A stretch of DNA of 64,000 bases. Origin: Eledone cirrhosa (taxonomy: Eukaryota). Under the pieces are notes generated by a model. It saw only the letters and a list, made by a program, of their open reading frames with translations, had not been told where the DNA came from and ran no database searches. Each line of letters starts with the position of its first letter. The first letter of the stretch is position 1. The stretch lies in the NCBI GenBank assembly GCA_964016885.1, contig OZ024740.1, positions 168,888,001 through 168,952,000 on the forward strand, read 5' to 3'. Shown here piece after piece: positions 26,206-38,525 of the stretch. The position numbers and the translations under genes were made by a program.

Positions 26206-26517
26206 AGGCACATGGCTTAGTGGTTAGAGCATTGGCCTTGCAATCGAAAAGTTGTGAGTTCAATTCTCAGACCGGGTGATGTGTTGTTTCCTTGAGCAAG
26301 ACACTTTATTTCACATTGCTCCAGATTACTCAGCTGTTGAAATGAGATGATAGGGACTGGGGTCCATATCATTCCACTGCAAAAAAGCACCCAGCACTCA
26401 CAGTAAATGAGGTTGGTGTTAGGAAGGGCATCCAGCTGTAGAAATCAAGCCAGAATCAGTTCCCGTCCCACCCTTGCAAGCAGGGAAAAGCGGACGTAAA
26501 ATGATGATGATGATGAT
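26204..26517 (+). mobile_element. tRNA-derived SINE, family 1, with RTE-derived tail
   Basis: A and B boxes; central CCTTGAGCAAGACACTT; 3' part AATGAGGTTGGTGTTAGGAAGGGCATCCAGCTGTAGAAATCAAGCC shared with the RTE 3' UTR; (GAT)n tail. Confidence 0.92.
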
Positions 26518-26789
26518 ATATATATATATATTGGAAAATATTGGTCATCCTATCTCTCTTATACTTCCATACTGTTCTTGTTGTATTTCATCATTTCCAT
26601 TTTCTTTCAATCTTGATATAGTGAATATTATTTTAACATAAATAACAACAACAACAACAATAATTATGATATGATGATTTCTTTATTAAGTTCAAAGGGT
26701 TTACAATAATTAGTACAGCACAACTTCTTGAAAAGAAAACAAAAATAAGACTAACAAATCATGAAACATTTGAGGCACACATACACACA

Positions 26790-26933
26790 ATAATAATAAT
26801 AATAATTGTTTCTACTTTTGGCACAAGGCCAGCAATTATTCAGTACATTACTGGTACTTTATTTTATCGACCATGTGAGGATGAAAGGCAAAGTTAACCT
26901 CGGCGGGATTTGAACTCAGAATGGCAAGGACCG

Positions 26934-26972
<39 letters not shown>

Positions 26973-27157
26973 TGTTTCTACTTTAGGCACAAGGCCAGCA
27001 ATTACCCAGTTCATTACTGGTACTTTATTTTATCGACCCCGTAAGGATGAAAGGCAAAGTCAACCTCGGCGGGATTTGAACTCAGATCATAAAGGGACGT
27101 AACTATGCTGGAAAGCATGGCGTCCGACCCTCTACTGATACAGCCAATCCACCGCCA
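26790..27157 (-). mobile_element. Two tandem SINE family 2 copies with (ATT)n tails
   Basis: Reverse-complement matches to 38341-38525. Confidence 0.85.
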
Positions 27158-28188
27158 ATAATAATAATAATGATTTCTTAATTCCATCCCTAATACTATT
27201 TTCTGCACTTTGATTATTTCCCTTTATCACTGTAGTTTCCTTTAAATGAAAAGTAATTTTACTTTAAGTTTTAAGCGAGAGACACATAAGTTTTAAATAC
27301 ACATATATACACATGTGTATGATATATATATATGTATGATTATATTGGGATTTACCAATATAGATCATGGTAAATATATATATATATATACATTATACTA
27401 TTAGTGATCTATTCACAGAGTTAATCTTGCTTTGATCCTTGCAATTGTGTTTGCAGCCACATGTGCACATGATAGCAAGGATTAAAACCTGATTAAGTCT
27501 GTCAACTAATCACCAATATAATGATGCAGCATACTTCTTTAACTATTGAGTACTTTATTTTGTATGTGAAAGCACTGTGCTTACAAATTAACACCACAAA
27601 TACATACATATAAATATATGTACACACACACACACATATACACTCTCAGATAGACACATACACACACGCACACACACATGTAAAATGTACTTCTGTGATT
27701 GGCTTGCTCCCTTTTTGTAAGGGAGAGCAGTATGTAGGAAATGTTTTTCTTTCCTTTTTCTACATATTATTATGGATAAGTGAGTAATTAACTAAAGATA
27801 ATATATATTTTTTTCTTTCATGTATTTAATAGTCTTTTTATATGTAAACATCCAGTGTCAGTATTTAATGTATCATGGGTTTATGTGTGTTTGTTTCAAT
27901 AATCCATGTTGATTGATCAAAGCAATCAGCTACTAATGGATTAATCAAACATAAGCACTCCATGTTATAGGTATCCATAAGGTATTGCATATATGGTATT
28001 AGGCAGAGTATCAATATTAAGTAAGAAAAAGAGAGACAGTTATATATATTCCACTTAGGTTTATTGTCTTACATTACACCCATTATGTACATTTCAAAGC
28101 ATTTAAATGTACATATGTAATAGATATTTAATGAGTTGTCATGAGACAGGTGCTGAAAATGTAAACAATATTTTTTTTTACTTTTTGA

Positions 28189-28259
28189 TATGCCTGCTGT
28201 TGAAGGGTGTTGTTTACTTGGGTTACAGCAGTAAACAACACCCTTCAACAGCAGGCATA
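28189..28259. repeat. Perfect 30-bp hairpin with 11-nt loop
   Basis: TATGCCTGCTGTTGAAGGGTGTTGTTTACT and its exact reverse complement at 28230-28259. Confidence 0.95.
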
Positions 28260-28393
28260 CATAAATGGAACATGAAGTGGAAGATGTAAGTCCGTCTCTC
28301 TTCTTCTTAATATATATATAGTGTAGATTTTTCAGAATTTTGTTGATTACTGGAGGTGGCACCAATATGTGCACTCAATACTAGAGCTGAGTT

Positions 28394-28708
28394 TATATGA
28401 AGTATGATATAACAAAGTTTCCCTTTTAGATGTTTTTATTGTATATCAACCGTTACATGTGTTTCACAGATGATTAGTTCGAGATCCTCATCACTGTGAT
28501 AGATCTGACCCCAGCATCAATCTGCTCTTCAGATGTGTTGACTGAATCAAAACATTTATATCTCCATGATTGAGAAGCAGATCGATACTGGAGTCAAGTT
28601 TATCACAGTGATGAGGATATTGAGCCAATCATCTGTGAAACATATGTAATGGTTGATATACAATTAAAACATTTTAAAGTGAAACTTTCTTATATCATAC
28701 TTCATATA
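28394..28708. repeat. Inverted repeat (~130-bp arms) made of two hammerhead cassettes
   Basis: 28394-28525 pairs with 28577-28708, with scattered, mostly transition, differences. Confidence 0.9.
28446..28541 (-). ncRNA. Type-I hammerhead ribozyme with long stem II
   Basis: On -: TCAACACAT CTGAAGA GCAGATTGAT...ATCATCTGT GAAA CACATG TA ACGGTTGA, then AATAAA 13 nt after the predicted cut; core intact. Confidence 0.7.
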
Positions 28709-28740
28709 TATATATATGTATATACATATGTGCATATATA

Positions 28741-28772
<32 letters not shown>

Positions 28773-28872
28773 ATGTATATATATATTTATATATATATAT
28801 ATATGTGTGTGTATGTATATATATATTTATATATATATGTGTGTGTGTGTATGTATGTATATATATATTTAT

Positions 28873-29544
28873 GTGGAAGACTTACGTAGATTAGAGAGAA
28901 ACGAAGCCTGCATGCTCCGATGGATGTGTAACAGTAATATACGTGAACGACAAAGCATAAATGAATTGAGAGAGAGACTGAGCATAAGAGGAATCAAATG
29001 CTGCGTGCAGGAGAGGCGGTTACGCTGGTATGGACATGTGATGCGTATGAAGGATGACAGCTGCATAAAAAGGTGCAGAGCACTAGAAGTTGATGGAAAC
29101 CGCGGAGTGGGGAGACCCAAGATGACTTGGGATGAGGTGATAAAAGCCGACCTTACCCAACTACACCTCTCAAAGTCAATGACACACGACCGTGACTTCT
29201 GGCGTCACGCAGTAATACAGGGTACCCGACCTCCCATGGGTACATGCTGAAGCATATAAACAATATGCCCCCCCCCCCCACCGCAAGGTGGTCGTGGAGG
29301 TGCCACGGCAAAAAAGCACCCAGCCCACACTGTAAAGTGGACGTGTAGGCGCCACGAAAAAGCACCCAGCACTCACTGTAAATGAGGTTGGTGTTAGGAA
29401 GGGCATCCAGCTGTAGAAATCAAGCCAGATCAGTTCCTGTATGAGCAAGGCATGGTCAGCCGACCAGACACTGCCCACAACAGGACAACCCGTCTAACCC
29501 ATGCTAGCGTGGAAGAACGGACGTAAAACGGTGATGATGATGAT
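28873..29544 (+). mobile_element. 5'-truncated RTE LINE
   Basis: EDLRRLERNEACMLRWMC...RLRWYGHV...GRPKMTW, 3' UTR, (GAT)n tail. Confidence 0.93.
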
Positions 29545-30398
29545 ATATGTGTGTGTATGTATATATATATATATTTATGTATATGTGAGTGTGTGTATAT
29601 ATATATTTAAAAGTGTTAATCTCCCATTTGAAATAGAGAGAACCACAATTTAAGGCAAAATACTCAATACATGAATATATTTTCATTTATTAAATTAATG
29701 ATTCTTACATGGCTAGTTCTGTTTCATTCTCTAAGAATGTCAGAATTGGAGAGATTTCTTAATTCTATATGCTTGTGAACAGTGGGGTTTCATTATGGAG
29801 GAATGGTGGCTAATTCTGAATCAGTATTGATTTATTGCAACCTATTAAGTTCCATAATTCATGTGAAGGGCACACTGCATTCACCTGCAATCTAACCACT
29901 CTAAGTCTACCTCTACAAACTTAGTTTAAAACATATAACCCTTAGATATTCTTGCCTAATGCTAATGAATGAATATTTAAGCTGTCCTCATCATATAAAA
30001 AGAAGTTATTTTTTAAAGATGGTTGGGATATAAACTAAGAGGTAATTTATAGAACAGTGAATGTATGTGTTAGTATATCAAAAGATATATAAATGAATAA
30101 ATAAAGAGCTCAAAATTAACTGAATAATTAAGTAAATGTGTAAAATGAATAAATAACTAAAATGGGATAGTGAGATTGGTGTATTGATTGGCTAAAGAGT
30201 AACCTTTATATTACTAGTGGTGGAAGTGGTGGTGGTTGGTTAGTAGGGATCTGACTCCATTAACTCTTACATTATCATATTGATAATAAAATACACTGCT
30301 TATGATTTTCAAATGATTTTGAAAATAATCAAGAATTGGGAGGGATTTAGAAAAAATAACTTTCTTATTAATAAGCTGGTGTTTGGAACATACTATAA

Positions 30399-30483
30399 TA
30401 AAGTTTCTTTCATAAAATTATGATGGAAGGTTTTAGGATATAATCCAAAAACCTTCCATCATAATTTTATGAAAGAAACTTTA
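30399..30483. repeat. Perfect 36-bp palindrome inside a MITE-B copy
   Basis: 30399-30434 is the exact reverse complement of 30448-30483. Confidence 0.95.
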
Positions 30484-30749
30484 AAACAAACAGCTATTTA
30501 TTGTAGAACTAAGGACTGTTTCAGATGGTTAAATTAATGTAATTGAAAAAAAATTGAAATGAAAGCTACTTGCAATTTGGTGATAATAATTATTACTCTT
30601 CTTACATTCAAAATACAAAAATAAATAGGTAAAGTGGTGGAGTTGGTAAAGTAGTAGAACAGACAGTTCTAGATTTAATGACTGTTGGCACTAAGAATAT
30701 CAACTGTTTCCATAGGTATGGGTTCAATGAAAAACTTATCAGAGAACAG

Positions 30750-32330
30750 ATAGTATTTTATCAACTTGTCATCTTCAGCCTGTCAGGCAATGGAATCTAG
30801 GTCTGAACCTGATTTTTCCAGGTTGCCACTGAATAAAGTATTGCATCAGGTTGCATCCCAGATAAGGGGGCTTACTACTTTGGAACAAGAAGACTGTGGT
30901 GTCATCTGGTTTTTTGCCATTCCCTTGATCTAATTCTGCCAGTTCCAGCTGTGGTAGGAAGCCAGCTACATTCAAGACATATATATTTATCACATTGAGA
31001 GCAGCATGTCAAGAGAATTAGCCAGTCCCAAGTTGACTTGACACTTGGTGTAGTCCAAAAATGTCTACCATAGGCTCATAATGGCATTTGTGTTGCTCAC
31101 AGATTTGGAGACTGAGTCTGATGCAAATGCTGATACGGAGGCAGTTGCTGTCTAACCATGAGAATATGGCATTCAGTGAGGCATTATTGTTGAACTAGAA
31201 GGCTGAACTGAAACATGCCAGTTGGTGCTGGTTAAGTAGGTGCACAAGGTTGTCTGAGGCTTTATTGCACTGGATGGCATCCTGTTTGTGTTGGGCAGAT
31301 AGAACATTCTCAGGATGAAGGCTAAATGAGTTGTTAAGTTTAGTGAGGCTGCAAGAAGGGCTACTGAGTCGGGTATAAAGTGTGTTTGACATAGAGAAGC
31401 TGTATATCAAGAGGGAGAGGGACAGCTGTATATTAATTAACCCTTTAGCATTTAAACCGGCCATATCCGGCCAGAATTCTCTCACCTCTTTCTATTCAAA
31501 CCGACTATAACCAGCTGTTTATACTCATGTTAAGGTATTATTTTCAAAAATAAATAAATAATAAATAATATCAAAATCTCATAGATTCAATATTATGTGA
31601 GGTAAAGTGTTTACTGTGAAAACACAATAGTATATATTGACTAATGTAAATGCTAAAGGGTTAAACACAGTTCATAAACATTTGGAGTTGGTGGTACTTG
31701 GACCTGTGGCTTGATTGGACAGTAGGTGGGGGGGGGGGGATTGATGAACCAAGGATGAGGATATCTTCCATTGGAGTTACTTGCACCTGGGAAAATGTTG
31801 ATTGCACTTTCATGGTGGTGGTCTCAAAACCTTCTGTATCATAATTGACATCCATGACATCAGATTTGAATGAGTTGGTTTCAAAGCAAATCCTTAATAA
31901 GGTAGAGGCTGCTGAGTTGAGATCATGGCAGATTGTATTGATGAGGAGTATACTTCAGGATGAATAGGCCAGTGGATAGAAGGATGGAGACTCAACTAAG
32001 TGGTCTTGGTGCAGACTGTTGAAGGCATTCCTCGTGTTGAGCCTTACTATGAGATGTTACAAGTGTTTCGAGTCAGGCTGGAGTGGTAGTGAATTGCCTA
32101 ACATCGTGAGTAGAACCCTCACAGCTGCCTGCTACAACAACTCCATGTTGTACAGTGCTTAGTTCTTTACCCAGTTTGAATATGATGAACTTACAAATAT
32201 CCTTCATAGCTGGCCTTCTGAGGGACATTTGCCAGGGCAATGGGGGTGTATGCCACTGTTCTTTCTCAAGAAAAGAAGTCACCAGTGTTGGGCACTAGGT
32301 TGCTGTGGGTGAGGTCCACATGTTAAAAGT
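30750..32330 (-). mobile_element. Decayed CRE-like non-LTR retrotransposon (RT plus restriction-like endonuclease), interrupted by a MITE
   Basis: LRR...Q.GV...GSCEG..H..R, RNAFNSL, and C-terminal GNGKKPD.T...KP/LIWDAT resemble CRE-clade motifs QLGVG..GGCE and DGKRPDG...GK.L.WD.T. Confidence 0.65.
31441..31660. mobile_element. piggyBac-type MITE (MITE-A)
   Basis: TTAA|CCCTTTAGCATTTA...TAAATGCTAAAGGG|TTAA. Confidence 0.92.
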
Positions 32331-33469
32331 GGAAACTTTTTCATTTGAACAGATAAATAATATCTTATACTTGCTGTTGTTGTCTCTTTCGAAGCAACTG
32401 TCAATAATTGTGAAGAAATTTGACATTAAGTTTGATAGAATGAGGTAAAATTTCTCATTTCTAACAGGTATATTTAATAGTGAAAATGGTAACCTTTCAC
32501 ATTTTTAAACCTCCAAATTATTCTAACATATGTAAAATCTAGAGTGTTTATTGTGCATTATAAACATAACATCCTAAGTGGGTTGAAAGAAATTTAGTTA
32601 ACTAATAAAGCCTTAAGTTCCTCAAACTAATGAAATAGAAATCAATTTTAAGCAGAGAAGGGCTTAAAGGATATAGGGGAAGGTGAAATTGAATAAGAAA
32701 TTGTGGTCTAAGTTTAAATTGAATAATTGTAAAAATCTATGTACCCACTGTCTACTAAGGATAGTGATTTGTGAATTGAAAAATCTAAATCAATAGTTTT
32801 TAAATATATAATTCTTTTTACTGTTATAAAACAAAAACTTGCTTATGCTTTGTAATTGGTGTCTAGAATGTACTATAAACAATTTCTAATGCATATTTGT
32901 TAGTAACAATATAATGAGGGTTTATATAAGGGGATGATAATTTTACATTTTAAGGCAATTATTTTGTAGACTTATAATTATGGTTGAAGTAATCTTATAA
33001 GTATTTATGGCTTTAAAGTATGTCAGCTAGTATTAATTATATGAATAATAGATTGGAGAATAGTATAAATATAGATATGTTTATCTAAGGAGAAAAATAG
33101 GATGAATTGGGAACTATCGGGAAGGCAGGAGGATACACATATATTGGGTCAGAAAGGGGCAGTAATAAAGAAAAAATGGAAGGGATTTGGGATGACAAGA
33201 AGACTTGAGTTTGGGGAGAAAGAAAGTTATGGGGAAAATTAGAGGTAGTGTATAGTCAAGAGGGAAACAGAATATAAAGATATAAGGGAACGAGTGAAAT
33301 AAGATCAGAATGTATAGAGAGTGTTGGAAAATAATAATTTGATACATTTGAAAGTGGAACGTAGACAATGGTTAATAAATAATGAAATAATAATTGACAG
33401 AGTATATAATATAGAGTATACAAGCATACTCATTAATGCTTGGAGTATTTGATGAATTTAAATTGTTTA

Positions 33470-34770
33470 TAAGCTTATGTACGCAAGAAGAAAAGCATTA
33501 AGAAAATGTATTCTAGCAAAGAGAATTTCCAGATTTTCTGTCGTACGGATTTACGTAGTTTCTTATTACTAGAGTAAGCCTTTGCTCATCTTCATGATTT
33601 TCCATCTCAGCTGGCAGGGATGAAACTTTTTTTTTAGTTCCGGGTGACTTTTGATTGAACTTGTGCTTTCTGAAGGTATGGGCATGTAATATCTGAGTTT
33701 GAAAGGGTTCAATGTCATAATGATGTATGCCTCCATGGTAGAATTTGCCCAGAGTATACTGGTATACAATATCACTTCTTTGACATTATAAATGAACAGG
33801 GCATGAGTTGGGGTTAGAAACCCTTGTGGTAAATTTTTATTGGGTTTAGAAATATTAGATATGACATGGTTTGGGGAAAATTTTGAGGTAGTTGCGTAGG
33901 AAATATTGATCAAATTTTGTTAAAGTATTATAGGGAGAACTTAAAGATTTTCTCATTAGCAGATAGGTGTAAAATTCAAAGGAAGATGTTTTAAATTAAA
34001 TTCTTAGTGTTATTTTTAGAGTGCTTTGAATGAAGGTGAATGTAATATAGGAATTCGTTGAATTTGTGAAATGGACAGTATGAAGGGCTTTTTAGGTCTA
34101 GAGTAACATTGAAGAAGTTAGCGTCTTTAAGTTTGGACAGTGATTTGTAAACACAAGTTACTTCTAAATGCGTTATTTGTTTATGGATCGATGCTGGGAA
34201 GTATCAGTAGATCATCATCTCCATATAATCCACCAAATTTTATCTGTGAAATGGATTCCAAGGTTATGTAAAATATAGAATCCAGTGAGGTCACTGACCT
34301 ATACTGAGTCATTTACCTCCATGCTTACATCAATCGAAGTGTTGGAATTAATCTTGATCTAAATAGAGCTATCATAATGTACCAATGTTTTCTTCATATG
34401 AAGAATAATATCTACTACCTCACCAAAATGGTAGTATTAGGTCTGGTATCACTTTGATTAGTTATTTAGTGATAGGTGCATATTAGTTCTCAATGTCAAA
34501 CTACGAGAATTTGGTAGTGTTTTTATTTAGCATAGATTTGAACATTGTATTACTTCAGTGGTATTTCTCCAAGGGCAAGTGGATGAAATATCTCTGATGT
34601 TTTGTATAAATCTGTTTCAGAACATTTTACTAATGGTTCCAATGTTTAATTTTCTTGGGTTAATAAGTATAATGGTTAATTTAACTTTACACCTTTCTGT
34701 CTTTTGTTTTTATAGACCTACATACTATATTAATCTGATAGACATAGCTAAATCTCCCTCAAATCACTCC
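33470..34770 (-). pseudogene. Second, heavily decayed Naiad-type Penelope-like element
   Basis: On -: PWRNTTEVI, FDIEN, DVSME..DS..VSDL.G.YIL, GLYGDDD (decayed GLYRDDG), INISYATT, LRWKIMK. Confidence 0.75.
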
Positions 34771-34815
34771 ATATTGTCTTATTTGTATATGCATGTGTAT
34801 ATACATACATATATT

Positions 34816-36325
34816 ATCATCATCATCACTGTTTAATGTTCATTTTTCCATGTTAGCATGGATTAGACGAGTTGTTTCATTGTGAGACAAGTCAGATCAG
34901 ATGACCATGTCTTGCTCATACAGATCTGTTTCTGGCTTAGTTTCTACGACTGGATGCCCTTCCTAATGTCAACCACATTTGCAGTGTGGATTATGTGCTA
35001 TCAAAACGACCACTTTACAGTGTAGACTAAGTGCTTTTTGTTGTGTCACCAACACGACTACTTTATAGTATGTATTGGGTGCTTTATGTCATGTTACCAA
35101 CATGACTACTTTACAGAACTGGGTTCTTTTGTTGTGTCACAAAAATGACCACTTTACAAGGTGTTTATTGCTGTGTTGCTAACACAAACACTCTCCGGGT
35201 TGGACTGGGTGTTTTTTGTCGTATCACCAATGCAACCATCTTATAGGGCAAACTGGATGCTTTTTGTCACAAACTCGACAATTCTATATTAAAAGGTGGG
35301 AGAAGTATGGAAGGAGGAAGGTGCATACTAGAGACCACTAGATGTTGCTTTATCTTGTGCACATGGAAGGTGGGTCTTCTGCAGTACTGCATAATGCCAG
35401 AGATCCCGATTCTGTGTCATCACCTTTATGAGGTCAGGTTTTATCACCTCATCCCAAGCTTTCCTAAGTCTTCCTCTTCCATAGTTTCCATCAACTTTCA
35501 GTGCTCTGCACCTTTTTATATAGCTGTTATCCTTTATATGCATCACATGTCCTTACCACAACAATTTCTCTCCTGCACATCGAATCTGAACCCACTTATG
35601 CCCAGTTTCTCTCTAAGTTCATTTATGCTTTGTTGTTCATATATATTACTTTTACACATCCATTGGAGCATGAAAGCTTCATTTCTTTCTAATTTTCATA
35701 GATCCCATGCACAGAGCACTCAGGTCTCACTACCATGCAGCATTGCTGTTTGTATACATACATCATACAATCTGCCCTTCATTTTGAGGGAAAAACCTTT
35801 TATAGTTAGCAGTCATAGTAGCTCCATGAAACTTATCCGTTCTGTTCTCACTCAGGTTACTGTACCTTCAGAACACCCATCTCCACTGCTAATTTGGTCA
35901 CTCATGTAACAAAAACTATCAACTACTTCTACAGAACTCTCTAGGCATTTAAAGGAGCTAGTGAGCTCTTGCTACTTACTGTTCTTGTGCATCAACCACA
36001 TATAAAACTTTTAATCTCTGCTAGCCTGCCTGAGATCCCACTACATCTCTTGTATACTCATAGTTTACATTTGGGACATAGGATAGAATTTCTACCTACT
36101 CCTTTCCTGCACACTGAGCATGGCCATTTCCCTGGGGGAATCTAGGCTCTATTTTTCTTTTTACATACTAGGACTTTTTAAGACCTTTTGATTCTAGGCC
36201 ATGCTTCCAGGTTTATAATTTCGTCTTTAATTCTGCCCTATATTCAACTATAAGGGTTAGATTATCTGCATACAGAAGTTCCCATGAGCAACCAGTATTA
36301 AAATCTTCTGTTATAGCCTGAAGAG
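34816..36325 (-). mobile_element. Older RTE LINE copy with expanded 3' UTR subrepeats
   Basis: Colinear with 14057-15380 but diverged; WELLYADNL; PHD remnant; (GAT)n tail. Confidence 0.88.
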
Positions 36326-36569
36326 TTTAAGATTGCCCAATAATGCACTTCTACATGCTATGTAAACTGTATAGATATAATATAATGAAATTATTGTGTA
36401 GTGCTCAGGTGCACTACAACTCATCAAAGGTGCATGTATAGTACATAGAATAATGTACAAATGTCAGGAAAATGAACAGTGTACGAGTCATGAAATACAT
36501 GTGTGTGTGTATGGAGGGGGGATATCAGGTATAGTGTTGGCGAATCTCACTAGAGAAATAAACCTTTTC

Positions 36570-37900
36570 CAATCCAGCAAATGTTTCATTGAAGTAGTTG
36601 ATAGCTTCTGTTACCTAGGTGATCTAGTTAGCACTGGAGGAAGTTGTTCTGAATACTTAGTAGCTACATTAGGAATAGAGTGGAAAAAGTTTGGGGACTT
36701 ACCGCTGTCACAATGAATGGATTCTCTCTCATAGGCAATGCATTGCTGTATTGTTGTGAGACATGAGCTCTGAATGTGAAGTATATTCAAAGATTGGAAA
36801 GAAATGTACCAAGCATTATTTACTGGATGTGTAATGTCAGTATGCATGAACAATGAAGCATAGATGAGTTTCGAGAAAAAAAATAGCTATAAGAGGAATC
36901 ATATGTAGTGTGCAGGAGAAAAAAACATATTGGTATGGACTCATAATTTGCATAGATGATGATAATTGGGTAAAGGACTGCCAGATGTTCCAAGTGGAAG
37001 GAAGCCAAGAAAGACCTGGGTAGATGTGGTGACAGCTAATCTCAGATTACTGAACCTCACAAGGATGACAAGAGAAAGAATCAAGTGGTGAGATGCTATG
37101 CAGGAGAAGACTTGTCTAACCCAGGTCATTGATACCATCAGTGAAATAACAATGCTTAATCTGCAGAGAAGTGACTATGAATTCTATATGGTGTACCCAG
37201 TTTAACCTATGGTTGCAAAATCAATGTTACAGGTAGGCCAACAAGGAAGAAAGGCTTTGTATATAATATATACAGGTGTATTAAAAAAAATACACAAAAT
37301 AAATTCAAATAAACAAGAAGCTCATTTGAAGTAGTTGATAGTTTTTGCTACCTATGTGATCTAATTATCAGTGAAGTGGATGTACTAAAAAATAATAGCC
37401 AGAGTGGGATAATTATGGAAAAAAGTTCAGAATGCTGTTAACTTTTGATGGTAGCAAATGGTTTCCCTCAGAGAAAAAAATAGATTGTATGATGTGTGAG
37501 TACAAAGTGTGAGGCTGCATGGTTGTGAGATGTGGGTCTTAATGCAGAAGAATGACAGTTGAAAAGAAATGAAGTGAGTACACTTGCTGGATGTGTAATG
37601 TTAATATAAATAAATGACAGAGCACAAATGGACTGTGTAAAAAAAATGGATATAATAAGAATCAGGTGTAGTGTGCTAGATAGAAAACTATGTTGGTATG
37701 GGATTCTGGTATATTTGAAAGATGTTTGTTGTACGTAGAAGTGCTGAGTGCTCAAAGTGAATGGACCTATAGAAACAGGAGATGAAGGAGCTCAAGGGTA
37801 AAGACAGGTCACAAAAAGCTGGATTGCATGATGGAAATAACAAAAATCATGCCGAGTTGCAAAACACTGTGCTGGAGAAGATCTACTTACCTATACAAGC
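36570..37900 (+). mobile_element. Two decayed RTE fragments
   Basis: EVVDSFCYLGD..S.GG.CSE and W..F motifs at 36590 and 37330. Confidence 0.7.
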
Positions 37901-38340
37901 ATGTCAGAATGGAGTTGGTGTTAAATGTTGGCTTGTATTTACAGTTGGGTTCTTTTTCATTACATTATATTCCTGTTACGGACAGTGGATTGGCAGTGGT
38001 TGGACAACATACTTTGTGCCATATAGTTACATCCATTTATATTCTGAGTTCAAATCCTTCCAAGGTTAGTGTTGCCTTTCATCCATATGGGTCAATAAAA
38101 TAAAGTACACTGGGGTCGATTTAATCAATTTTCCCCTTCCCTTCAAATTGCTGGTCTTGTTCCCAAAGTAGAAACAATTATTATTAGAAGTATTAACATT
38201 CTATTTCCTGTCCTATATGTTACTCTTTCTACTGTTATTCCCCCTCTTCCTTTCACTATACTGCACTACCTGTATAATATAAGAATAGCATTGGATCTAT
38301 CCTTATTCAATCCTCTTCATTATCATTATTTATCATTCTA

Positions 38341-38525
38341 GGGCGGTGGATTGGCAGTATCGGTAGAGGGTCGGACGCCATGCTTTCCAGCATAGTTACG
38401 TCCCTTTACGATCTGAGTTCAAATCCTGCCGAGGTTGACTTTGCCTTTCATCCTTACGGGGTTCATAAAATAAAGTACCAGTAATGCACTGGGTAATTGC
38501 TGGCCTTGTGCCTAAAGTAGAAACA
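38341..38525 (+). mobile_element. SINE family 2 with 16-bp target-site duplication
   Basis: ATTATTTATCATTCTA at 38325-38340 and 38526-38541; B-box-like GAGTTCAAATCC. Confidence 0.9.

Noticed and set aside
26204-26280. tRNA gene
   Set aside because: The tRNA-like head runs into a SINE body and RTE tail and occurs in several copies
34965-35285. CRISPR-like repeat array
   Set aside because: Degenerate tandem units without unique spacers, inside a LINE 3' UTR of a eukaryote; no cas genes
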